A stretch of 64,000 nt of DNA from positions 64,001 through 128,000 of the forward strand of contig CAXXUA010000004.1 in NCBI GenBank assembly GCA_963663765.2, written 5' to 3'. The notes beneath the pieces were generated by a model that was not told the DNA's origin, made no database searches, and saw only the letters and a list, made by a program, of their open reading frames with translations. The stretch comes from Candidatus Poribacteria bacterium. GTDB taxonomy: Bacteria > Poribacteria > WGA-4E > WGA-3G. A program made the translations under genes and the position numbers. Positions within the stretch are counted from its first letter, which is position 1. Every line of letters starts with the position of its first letter. Shown piece after piece: positions 11,201 to 16,941 of the stretch.

Positions 11201-12477
11201 TCAATCCATTCATGGCCAGTGTAAATTTCAGCTAAAATGATATGTGTTGCCGGATTATTAGGAGAACGGTCAATCATTCTTTGATAGACGGTTGTTGCTT
11301 TATCTGGATTGCCAATCTGCAGATACAACTCTCCAAGTTCTCGGTAAATACCGAAATCATCAGGGGATTGTTCGCTGAGTACTTCGTATTCTGCTGCTGC
11401 ATCTTGAAACTTTTCAATGTTTCGGAGTGTGGCGATAAGATTAAGTCGCAGATTTGTATCAGTAGGTGCAAGATCAATGCCCTTTCTGTAAGTGCTGATA
11501 CCTTCATCAATCTGCTGGTTTTCTATATATGCAGCTGCCAGCAAACCGAACAGTTCAGGTTCATTTGGGGTTGCATCAAGTTTATCTTGATAGAATTTTA
11601 TGAGATCTTCCCAATTTCCATCTGCTGCAAAAATACCGATGATACGGTGTTGTAGGTCTTTACGTAGCCAATTTCCCGGTGCTGTCAACGACAAAGCAGT
11701 ATCAAAACTCTTTATTGCTGCCTGAAAGTCACCTTTCACTTCTTGTATGATACCTATTTCTCGGTGACTCAGACAGATCCTGTATATATCATCCTCTCTC
11801 AATTTAATTATTGCTTCATATTGTGAAATTGCCTGCGAAAAAAGTTCTTGTTCACGGAATAGGTCAGCAATATCAATACGTGCAAAAATGTCATCAGGAT
11901 CAAGTTCAGTAATCTTCTTCCATGCCTGAATTGCTTCATCTACCTTGTCACGCGCAAAATATGCATGTCCAAGTGCTTTATATATGTCTGTTAACTCTTC
12001 TGGAGCAACATTTTGTGCCTGTTCAGATAATTTTGATGCAGTTGTTAATGCTTTGATCGCGTCTTCATGCTGACGCAATGTAGCATAGAACTTACCCAAA
12101 GCAAAATGTGGATAGTAATTTTCTGGTTTGAGTTCAACAGCACGTTGGTATACTTTAACTGCTTGGGTGTCCTTACCAAGACGTTTATATATGTGTCCTA
12201 AAATGAGTTGGAGGTTTGAGTCGTCAGGTTTTTCATTTGCTTCTGTCAGATAATCGTTTAGCATTGCATCTAATCCTGCACCTTCAAGGTAAAACTGATA
12301 GACGCGATCAAAAGTACTTCCATCTTTGGGTTTTTGATATAATATCTGTTTATAACGTTCAATGATTTTCTCATCACTGGTAACATCTTGTGCTATAGAT
12401 ATTGTATTCGCTGTGAGCATTAGGACAATAAGAAACATAAAACTATAGATAACTGATCTTTTTTCTCGTTCAAGCAT
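2284..12477 (-). CDS. Giant (3397 aa) secreted TPR-repeat protein with an inserted LamG domain and two C-terminal PA14-like/carbohydrate-binding modules
   Basis: Signal-peptide-like N-terminus and dozens of TPR motifs. LamG motifs (WTHIAGV, GQIDEVRIWN) at about 4260-4925. Two copies of WxxLGPFDN...DD...WLNGE...GxNTILxK. Confidence 0.85.
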   Translation of the reverse strand: MLEREKRSVIYSFMFLIVLMLTANTISIAQDVTSDEKIIERYKQILYQKPKDGSTFDRVYQFYLEGAGLDAMLNDYLTEANEKPDDSNLQLILGHIYKRLGKDTQAVKVYQRAVELKPENYYPHFALGKFYATLRQHEDAIKALTTASKLSEQAQNVAPEELTDIYKALGHAYFARDKVDEAIQAWKKITELDPDDIFARIDIADLFREQELFSQAISQYEAIIKLREDDIYRICLSHREIGIIQEVKGDFQAAIKSFDTALSLTAPGNWLRKDLQHRIIGIFAADGNWEDLIKFYQDKLDATPNEPELFGLLAAAYIENQQIDEGISTYRKGIDLAPTDTNLRLNLIATLRNIEKFQDAAAEYEVLSEQSPDDFGIYRELGELYLQIGNPDKATTVYQRMIDRSPNNPATHIILAEIYTGHEWIDDAVAQYEKAISLAPNNLDYIEYYGDFYFRQGNREKALETWNQMVEGKRAIGANYDRLAQLFKAKHFNTEAVAAIRKAVELMPDEYKYRETLAKHLIESGDYDAALTEYTAAMELAPNAFFAEKMDDKRIELYRRQGTLQEKIEELETKLDKSEIASDQNFLYQKQIAKMYLKLGNITHALEVLLNAKKLKPNDVGVNRWLAKVYNRQGRRDDANSIYLQLIEIDSANAREYHANIAKSYLDILDYESATTAAKQVIANSPRNPEGHQLLAQIAKQAKNYDAAIDSLKQAIRLRPEMIDTRTELAKVYKLSGKLQEALSQYWRCWNLSEDIHDKLTFVKPLAEVYYDLGRQGEFEEKLKQLAKSNTAWVAPVLALAELHRMEGDLPSARFQLAQGLNKQRENPELLFKLVEISSELGDIQDALTYQQRLVKVDPDPTHQQKLGELLFDAGREQEAIQAWTKLLHAKNQTLEAEVKLAALLLRHGLSEEAFFVLERASEKISGTDAHLPLYRLGVLLVGMNEPDRAQTYFHRILDMSESAENTTKQATRYSEIYNYSYIPGITFNKFEISQGTISEIQSRSTFAGGNVQWIPKTFEEAQVGALVHLVSIAQQLGKLSELIQHFEDVVQANPTDVKALETLARFYTLIQQKDKAETAINKLIDISPNDLAYQPLRLQLLLKDDLNYASVKKAIDDIPGLVPTVRARYFAEYAAILYTEDKKEDATRLLEEIEEENHTDLSVSSKLVGAFLLSKRTDIAEQILLNLPTPPQKQHREYRLIFEEITDAYIEQEATEKALDVFWTFLERTNPNTINPRRVASLAQSSYSYYGYYNPVQSNFPVPTAYFNIERLNYLRSIFREVWIRNKQEILFEKLQKELDIANGRDRVYPGLALSYCYWWDEKRDKAQQILTTLHNDFPDDLTLKLNIAYISIQSGQYKIALTMLEDLAESEPRNRRQYNDLILQLAIHTGDAITLREVMNNLMNSPISPQELYEFSITLQESGFTQFAIATAKKAMTLAMTQRNPNFLLDLGDHLADLGRGQDAAILAERALRFANSPDQYGRMMSTWSFQQANSLVGTVKERKNRETKIIEDAQNNPTSFNAQLKLAMFYEGTNKIQKASEAFKSVLNLRPKEINIRLRYVQMLERSGKAKDAIPHYKVLLKSDSSILGYNYENAIDAFVHSDKLDELIALTKEIIQPVGRYYGDEFTIAVARRCLAEKRTKESIELFEKILEVQPNRNYQYQELATIYAKNDEPEKAIQYLTEMFEQDKTGMTQSSFEIKISEFHETASGPDKAIQYMREKIENNDISDINVTYIQRLSNLYKKKDELEQLITEYETILNDDPSNATLLYIVARMKLMAEDIDGASIHVNQLIENHHSSVNTQWLYNLANASDGHDLQTQILEAAARKLKQENSWSVVSCYNRLGEAYAANGELEKAQTAFRKMGNFQLMRNNNTDIYERRRLASTYMKYQMWDDAETILAGIINDLSADWWDRDNAQRMYIDTIQKRGDLSSRKQMVEQTQTMSIHMQRAIATELVGLGQVARAISIYERIAKSTPEDFESRSELARLYTRLNLHEKASNTWTSLLDSDPENTKFQDGLVNSHVSAGKIKEAYELCQEYIQSEPESSVHYVRLAKLYIDEDKVDEAISNYEKALEYAAGNRQIHLNMADLYLRKDNMEAAENAYKKAIQFTTSQWDRENTEANLINLYRYQGKLEEMLQKAEDEGTITAVMQREQAQIYEKKGDLHKSVDAFKKALDLTTDSYDRERITSELLDVYVKLDDTDSVFEIFDNNIASGSPYRSSNSSNATMTYKSKEEQAREELVSSYNSAGKLDKLRILYENKLNDEPENTDFLELLAEIYLGGQNYKAAAEVYQKLIKLQPENITNFYAAGNAFTNSGQQGLAQEMFREAEKVFENNKINDMWFLGSLASISFEHKQFESAIKYAKYAIDKSSSYSSSSIVDILSELLAKCYKETEQHEEAVNIYQQLANSARNSSTRSRAKTAMTELAKTTKLYEKWIPKYLEKIKRNPNDANTRQTLAETYESTEQTALAVEQYEKISELQLYNPQWQKKLGDLYQKLPTEKRKTVKVIEDTALTLSGNRDFVEIHDSEVLDSLTEQVTLSLWMNPTGFSNNYIPIIFRGDEWDPGFKLRSYVLQLINDGGIQFASSPQDVHDIPIYAPAGTIKLNTWTHIAGVIDAKNNYIKLFINGNEVSHNNYNGQKSIHKSTLPLRIGWTHENKHPLHGSFVGQIDEVRIWNIARTQKQIRVDMDTPLNGDEDGLVGYWKFDVEKDEQILDTTPNNNHGKLIGDAKLESYERPIFETINSDVLTKAISAYQKAIELEPTTYQNYDLLAKTYMKMDQMSDAETVYRQALDAPLSQSSHDSAITALVGIFADEQHKEKRLAILEEIQPKMLKSAVLHDLLGNIYNELGDTEKAEQAFTQWLKIRQKQVYNSDYEYYYRTFAEELLEKGLFPKTAHTFAKRAVQTFTGTSYYYPAVLAETCVANQLYDDAIKYYKLAFSIVSNEYSYERIWDRIIDSSKYADDKKRFEQMLDEVLDTFTDESSTSRANGYRKIAHYYSNKGKKANAIEYTMKAGLVPETNWITLGPFDNTDAYGVQNAYIKEETTQIDPSAQYYGKGELISWKKSTYRSLDGHYVFTGDTESSSSYVWAVVVSPDDRDIVIKFDSDDQGAIWLNGEYVFNHDRTGAARIDRYTINTTLNQGENTILVKICNGSSDYDFYFRITDVDGIPYDDLHYKSADALLNTPPPPEPTFHVNVNLGWAEYYEKNDMHDKAIEQIRQTGIIHEEQWLVLGPFDNTASIGYDTAYIPEDITQIDRSAEYVGIDGKVSWQKHSDDAFNGLIDFGRNEDWRVSYAWTTVTSPVEREVQLRIGTDDQAKVWLNGEQVYTFETGRWVVVDKDIVPVTLKAGKNTILIKVCNEQLTWGFYMRFTDENGKPFDDLQYIDVSDDQ

Positions 12478-12535
12478 TCAGAAGTCTCCATGTAAGAAAA
12501 GATGATAGGATGAATCGGACTCATTTATGTGGTCT

Positions 12536-13504
12536 TTATATTTCAGATGGACGAACTATGTCCGGATTTATACCGTAGTATTTTATAAGGTCTTGAAATG
12601 GATCATAAAAATAGTCTTTGACATTTGGAGAAAATACAATAGTTTTGAGTAATGCCTGTAAGTCATTTTCCAGTGAAATTCCTTTTTTCGGTATGTCTTT
12701 CATTAGATTGGTATCATATCTACTAAAGAATGGGACATCTTCCCTTGACAGTAGATCACTATAATAAGGTATTTTCTTAGATGTGTAGATAACGCCATGC
12801 AGATATTCTTCACAAATAGTTTCAAATGAAATGATTGCTCTAACCTCATTTTCTTCTTGATATATATTTCTTTTATGCAAAATTGGAGCGTAAAATAGTT
12901 TGAATAGGTTATCAGGATTATTTAAGTCTATTGATGGAAAATCTTCATATCCTTCAATATCTTCTTTTTCATAGTCCTTATATTTTATCTCACCTATATG
13001 GAATTGATAATTGGTAGATGCAAAACTTTTGATTAGATCGCCAATTGTCGTTTGAATGGCAATGGCTGTAGGACTACTATTTTCCCCATATCCCGCCCAC
13101 ATTGTATGGCTTTCATTTTCTTTTAGAAACCAGCTATTACAAAACATGAGATGGTTTGAAAAAAGTTGTAATAATGTTTCAAATGAGTGAAGAGTATTTA
13201 ATAATTCTTTTACTCTGTGTTCTGTGTGAAATTCTTCAGCATCCTCTATAAATCTTTTCATTCTTCGGAATGCTTCATCTTGTTTTATTGGTGTGTTTTC
13301 TTCATTTAATAAGTCTGTCTTATAGACTTCTTCTTTAGATTTTTCAGATAGTGTTCCCTCCTTTTTATCACTAAATATGGAGATGTTAGGAAAATAAAGT
13401 GAATTATTTTTGAGCATTGCCATAAATTTTTCTATTGACATGTACCTCCATATTTTTTTGTGTGCGCATGGGGTGTCAAAATGCGGACTATTTTGATAAG
13501 GCAT
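12536..13504 (-). CDS. DUF2971-like hypothetical protein
   Basis: Motifs IWRYMS, F.D..EG, SWF...E...MW..Y and K...Y..E.EVR resemble the DUF2971 family. AT-rich gene. Confidence 0.6.
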   Translation of the reverse strand: MPYQNSPHFDTPCAHKKIWRYMSIEKFMAMLKNNSLYFPNISIFSDKKEGTLSEKSKEEVYKTDLLNEENTPIKQDEAFRRMKRFIEDAEEFHTEHRVKELLNTLHSFETLLQLFSNHLMFCNSWFLKENESHTMWAGYGENSSPTAIAIQTTIGDLIKSFASTNYQFHIGEIKYKDYEKEDIEGYEDFPSIDLNNPDNLFKLFYAPILHKRNIYQEENEVRAIISFETICEEYLHGVIYTSKKIPYYSDLLSREDVPFFSRYDTNLMKDIPKKGISLENDLQALLKTIVFSPNVKDYFYDPFQDLIKYYGINPDIVRPSEI

Positions 13505-13574
13505 TTGTATATTTGGCTGGTTAGTATAATCCTTTTCGAACTTTTTGCTTAATTCGTAATTTGCGTTTTAACGT

Positions 13575-13913
13575 CTAAATTTGATCATTAAGCAGTGGTC
13601 TAAGATGTGTAATCAATCGATTTTCTATATCAAAACGTGATTCTGAAGGTAGAGGCACATAAACAGCGATAGCATTCATACCTAGCTTGAGAGCTTCCTC
13701 CCATTTTTCATGACCTGGGTTCAATCGTGTCCTAAAACCCTCGGTCTGTCCAATATATAAAAATTGATGTTGATTCTTACCACCGGCATCAGGTATGCCT
13801 TTTGAAAAAATATAGACACCGGATGCATTGTAGATAGGTCCCTCTAAATCATATACTACAAATGGGTATGAATCATTGTCTGTATTGACAGTCATTGGTC
13901 CTATCCTTGCCAT
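13575..13913 (-). CDS. Small GIY-YIG nuclease-like protein
   Basis: GVYIF...LYIGQT...R and IE..LI....P.LN motifs; AAGGAG RBS upstream. Confidence 0.65.
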   Translation of the reverse strand: MARIGPMTVNTDNDSYPFVVYDLEGPIYNASGVYIFSKGIPDAGGKNQHQFLYIGQTEGFRTRLNPGHEKWEEALKLGMNAIAVYVPLPSESRFDIENRLITHLRPLLNDQI

Positions 13914-13946
13914 TTTTTATCTCCTTAAGGTTTAATTGTTTTAGGA

Positions 13947-14069
13947 CAGGACTTACGCAGTTTTCTTGATTTAATCAAAAATTATGATGAAAATGATGCC
14001 ATTATCAGCGTTTTTATGGGTTTCCGGCGCGCTTACAAAGCACGCCTACCGTTGTGTGCGTAAGTCCTG
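13947..14069. mobile_element. MITE family A, copy 1 (TIR CAGGACTTACGCA)
   Basis: 13-bp perfect terminal inverted repeats; 5-bp target duplication TAGGA (13942-13946 and 14070-14074); near-identical to 51577-51699. Confidence 0.9.
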
Positions 14070-14125
14070 TAGGAATCAAAGCATTTAACAATCCTTTAAT
14101 CTCACGGATTCGTTGAAGGGTCTAT

Positions 14126-14953
14126 TTAGGTAGCAGCAAGAACATTATCCATGATCTCTTGCCATCTACCCTCATATTTTTCACCGAATTCTTTTTCACC
14201 ACCAGTGGCTAATGGTCCAGTAATCATAGGCTTTGATGCGTTGTTTCGTTCCCAAAGTTGCTTCCCACCGAAGTCGTTATGTATAAAGTGCAAAGCAATC
14301 CCTGCTCGTTCCTTATCAGACAAATTCGATCTGGTGCAGTGGGCAACACCATAACAAAAGAAGAGCACGCCACCAGCCTTTAATTCAATCGGTACAGCAC
14401 GTTCTTCAGGTGGATCACAGCGAATATGGTGGTCGCTCAAGGGGTCACGGTAGTGTTCATAACTTTCACGGTGACTACCGGGGATAACATGCATACAGCC
14501 GTTTTCAACTTTTGCATCGTGGATCGCAACCCACATAGCACATCCACGCAATGGGTCCGAAATTTTAAAGTAAGCGTTATCCTGATGCCAACTAGTACCG
14601 ATACCGATTTTCGGTGGTTTCCAAAACGCTTGATCCAATTGTAACATGAATCCATCACCGATAAGTTGCTTGACAGTGGAAACAACGTTGGGATGAAAAG
14701 GTAAAACTTTGTGTAAATCACTGCGGTTATTTAGCGGAATGACCTGCAAGTTTTGTCGTTCACCTTCGTTGTCACGTTTTGTGCCATCTTCCTGCACAGC
14801 ACAATTGATGCCAGTACCTTTCTCCAATTCAGTATTGTATATCCGCTCCAATTCAAGACGAAGTGCTTTTGCTTCAACTGACGAGAAAAAATCATCAATT
14901 GCTAAATACCCATTTTCTCTAAATTCAGCAAGTTGTTTTTCTGTTAATTGCAT
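14126..14953 (-). CDS. Phytanoyl-CoA dioxygenase (PhyH) family Fe/2-oxoglutarate dioxygenase
   Basis: F.ENGY, WHQD, ENGCM.VIPGSH and H...N.S...R motifs. Confidence 0.9.
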   Translation of the reverse strand: MQLTEKQLAEFRENGYLAIDDFFSSVEAKALRLELERIYNTELEKGTGINCAVQEDGTKRDNEGERQNLQVIPLNNRSDLHKVLPFHPNVVSTVKQLIGDGFMLQLDQAFWKPPKIGIGTSWHQDNAYFKISDPLRGCAMWVAIHDAKVENGCMHVIPGSHRESYEHYRDPLSDHHIRCDPPEERAVPIELKAGGVLFFCYGVAHCTRSNLSDKERAGIALHFIHNDFGGKQLWERNNASKPMITGPLATGGEKEFGEKYEGRWQEIMDNVLAAT

Positions 14954-14994
14954 ATCAATGTGTTTATCCTATTTAAATATGATTGGTAAGTGCT

Positions 14995-16416
14995 CTGACA
15001 TACTCCCCAAGCTAAAGCATGGGTGTTCTCAGTTCTTATATTGGAAACGGTTTGAGTTGTTTCCAAACGACTTTTCCTGCTTCCGTGTCTCGTGCCCTTT
15101 CCTGAACAGCGTTGGGTCTTATTTGCACTCCACAAGCGTGACTTTCGGTGTGCCCCACCGTAGTTGGTTTCAAGTTTATGGCAGCGTTGACATCTCTATC
15201 TATAGACATATCACATTGACTGCAGTGATACATTCTTTCTGAAAGTGTAAGGTCTTTCTTTTTGTGTCCACAACCGGAACAGGTTTTACTACTTGCAAAG
15301 AACTGATCTGCTTCTTTGACAGGTATACCGCGCACTTCCGCTTTTGTCTTGAGTTTTAGCAGGAAACCGCCTAATGCTGAATCTGACAATACTTTTGCGA
15401 GGTTTCTGTTCTTCAGCATATTAGTAACCTTGAGTGTCTCAATACCGATCGCAGCGGCACGGTTGACAATCTCTGTAGTTGCTTTGTGATGTGCGTCGTT
15501 TCGGATACAAGCGATACGATAGTGGATACGTTGTAACTCGTGTTTCTGCTTGAACCAGTTTTTAGACTTGAAAACACGACGGCTCAACTTGCGTTGTTCT
15601 CTCTTTAGCTTCCGCTCATAACGTTTTAGCGGTCGGGGATTATCATATTTCGTGCCATTACTCAAGGTGGCAAGTGTGTTGATGCCTACATCTACACCAA
15701 TCACAGGGTGCGTTGAATTATCAACTGCTTCGGTGTCCTCTGTTTCTACGGTGATAGATACAAACCAACGATGTGCTGTCCTTGAGATCGTCACTTTCAT
15801 AATCTTACCCACAAAACGCAATGATTCAAACATTCTAATCCAACCAATCTTAGGAAGTTTGATACGCTTGCCTTCAACTTCCACAGATTGATTATTTGTG
15901 GTGAATGCATCCTTTTTACCACGCTTCTTGAACTTCGGAAACTTTGCACGTTTACCAACCCAATTCGCAAGCGCAGCCGATAAGTTGCCAAATATGCTTT
16001 TGTTGGCTACAACCTGATCCATATCTTTTGTCCAAGCATGTTCTTTCTTAGCAACATTAAACCGCTTGTTTAACTTAGCAGCTGATAAGAACTCATCATT
16101 TGCCAATGCAGACTTGAAATCTGCTAATGCATGATTATATGCAAATCTCGCATAGCCACACTGTTGTGCAAACCAATTGCGTTGATTGTAATTTGGATTC
16201 AATGCAATCTTATGTGTTTTTAGCATGATGATATTCCAGTCCTATGAAGATGTCAGTTCCCTCTACTAAAGCTGTGTAGGTGTTAGTAGCACCTACACTG
16301 AACTGCTATAATGAGTATCTCATGTTTTAAACCAAAAATCAAGTGTTTTCTTGACACAAGCACTTAGCACGACTACATCCCACTACCTAAAGGTAGGGGT
16401 TTTGTCGTGATTCTTG
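14995..16416 (-). mobile_element. IS200/IS605-family non-autonomous (tnpB-only, IS1341-like) element
   Basis: Minus strand: left end TTTAT|CAAGAATC...CCCTACCTTTAGGTAGTGGG hairpin; right end GAAC-ACCCATGCTTTAGCTTGGGG-AGTATGTCAG. No tnpA. Exact ends inferred by analogy. Confidence 0.75.
15036..16226 (-). CDS. tnpB: RNA-guided endonuclease TnpB
   Basis: N-terminal HTH_OrfB (G.ARFAYN), RuvC residues GVDVG / IETL / DRDVNAA, and zinc ribbon CSGC...CSQC. Confidence 0.95.
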   Translation of the reverse strand: MLKTHKIALNPNYNQRNWFAQQCGYARFAYNHALADFKSALANDEFLSAAKLNKRFNVAKKEHAWTKDMDQVVANKSIFGNLSAALANWVGKRAKFPKFKKRGKKDAFTTNNQSVEVEGKRIKLPKIGWIRMFESLRFVGKIMKVTISRTAHRWFVSITVETEDTEAVDNSTHPVIGVDVGINTLATLSNGTKYDNPRPLKRYERKLKREQRKLSRRVFKSKNWFKQKHELQRIHYRIACIRNDAHHKATTEIVNRAAAIGIETLKVTNMLKNRNLAKVLSDSALGGFLLKLKTKAEVRGIPVKEADQFFASSKTCSGCGHKKKDLTLSERMYHCSQCDMSIDRDVNAAINLKPTTVGHTESHACGVQIRPNAVQERARDTEAGKVVWKQLKPFPI

Positions 16417-16789
16417 ATAAAAAGCAAATTGTGAAGACGTAAACAAACACACCATCAACAGTGAGTGGTATCAGATGTGTAAAATAATTGTATCACATCT
16501 CAAAACTGTTTGCTATATATATTTTTTGATACGGGTGTGTAAAGTGTTTATACAAAACAAAATTTTAGTGTGTCTTTGGATTTTTTACAAATGTTCTATC
16601 CATAATCTTTCCACATCCTAAATATACAACAGGAACATTCTATTCTCCAGTAGTACTTTTTCCCTACTAATTTGACTGGCTAAATGTTTCATAGCATTGC
16701 CTAATGTTCCAGAATTACAGAAAAAAGACAAGAATATAATCGACAGAATTGTTTGCTCTTCAAACAAATTAATTTTTCTCATTTTTTAT

Positions 16790-16818
16790 TTGACAATAAA
16801 ATTAAAACAATGTAAATT
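16790..16818 (+). promoter_or_regulatory. Putative sigma70 promoter of the LRR gene
   Basis: TTGACA-17nt-TAAATT in an AT-rich intergenic region. Confidence 0.4.
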
Positions 16819-16941
16819 AGCCATAATAAGTAACTAAACAAGCCGATTATCGTTAATTATAATTATCGTCTTAACATGGCATTTTATTTTTGTATTTTAA
16901 ATGTCTATGACAATTCAATTTTGTTGGAGATAAATTAATAT

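Noticed and set aside
16846-16870. Fur-box-like sequence upstream of the LRR gene
   Set aside because: About 14/19 match in very AT-rich DNA, which is not distinguishable from chance.
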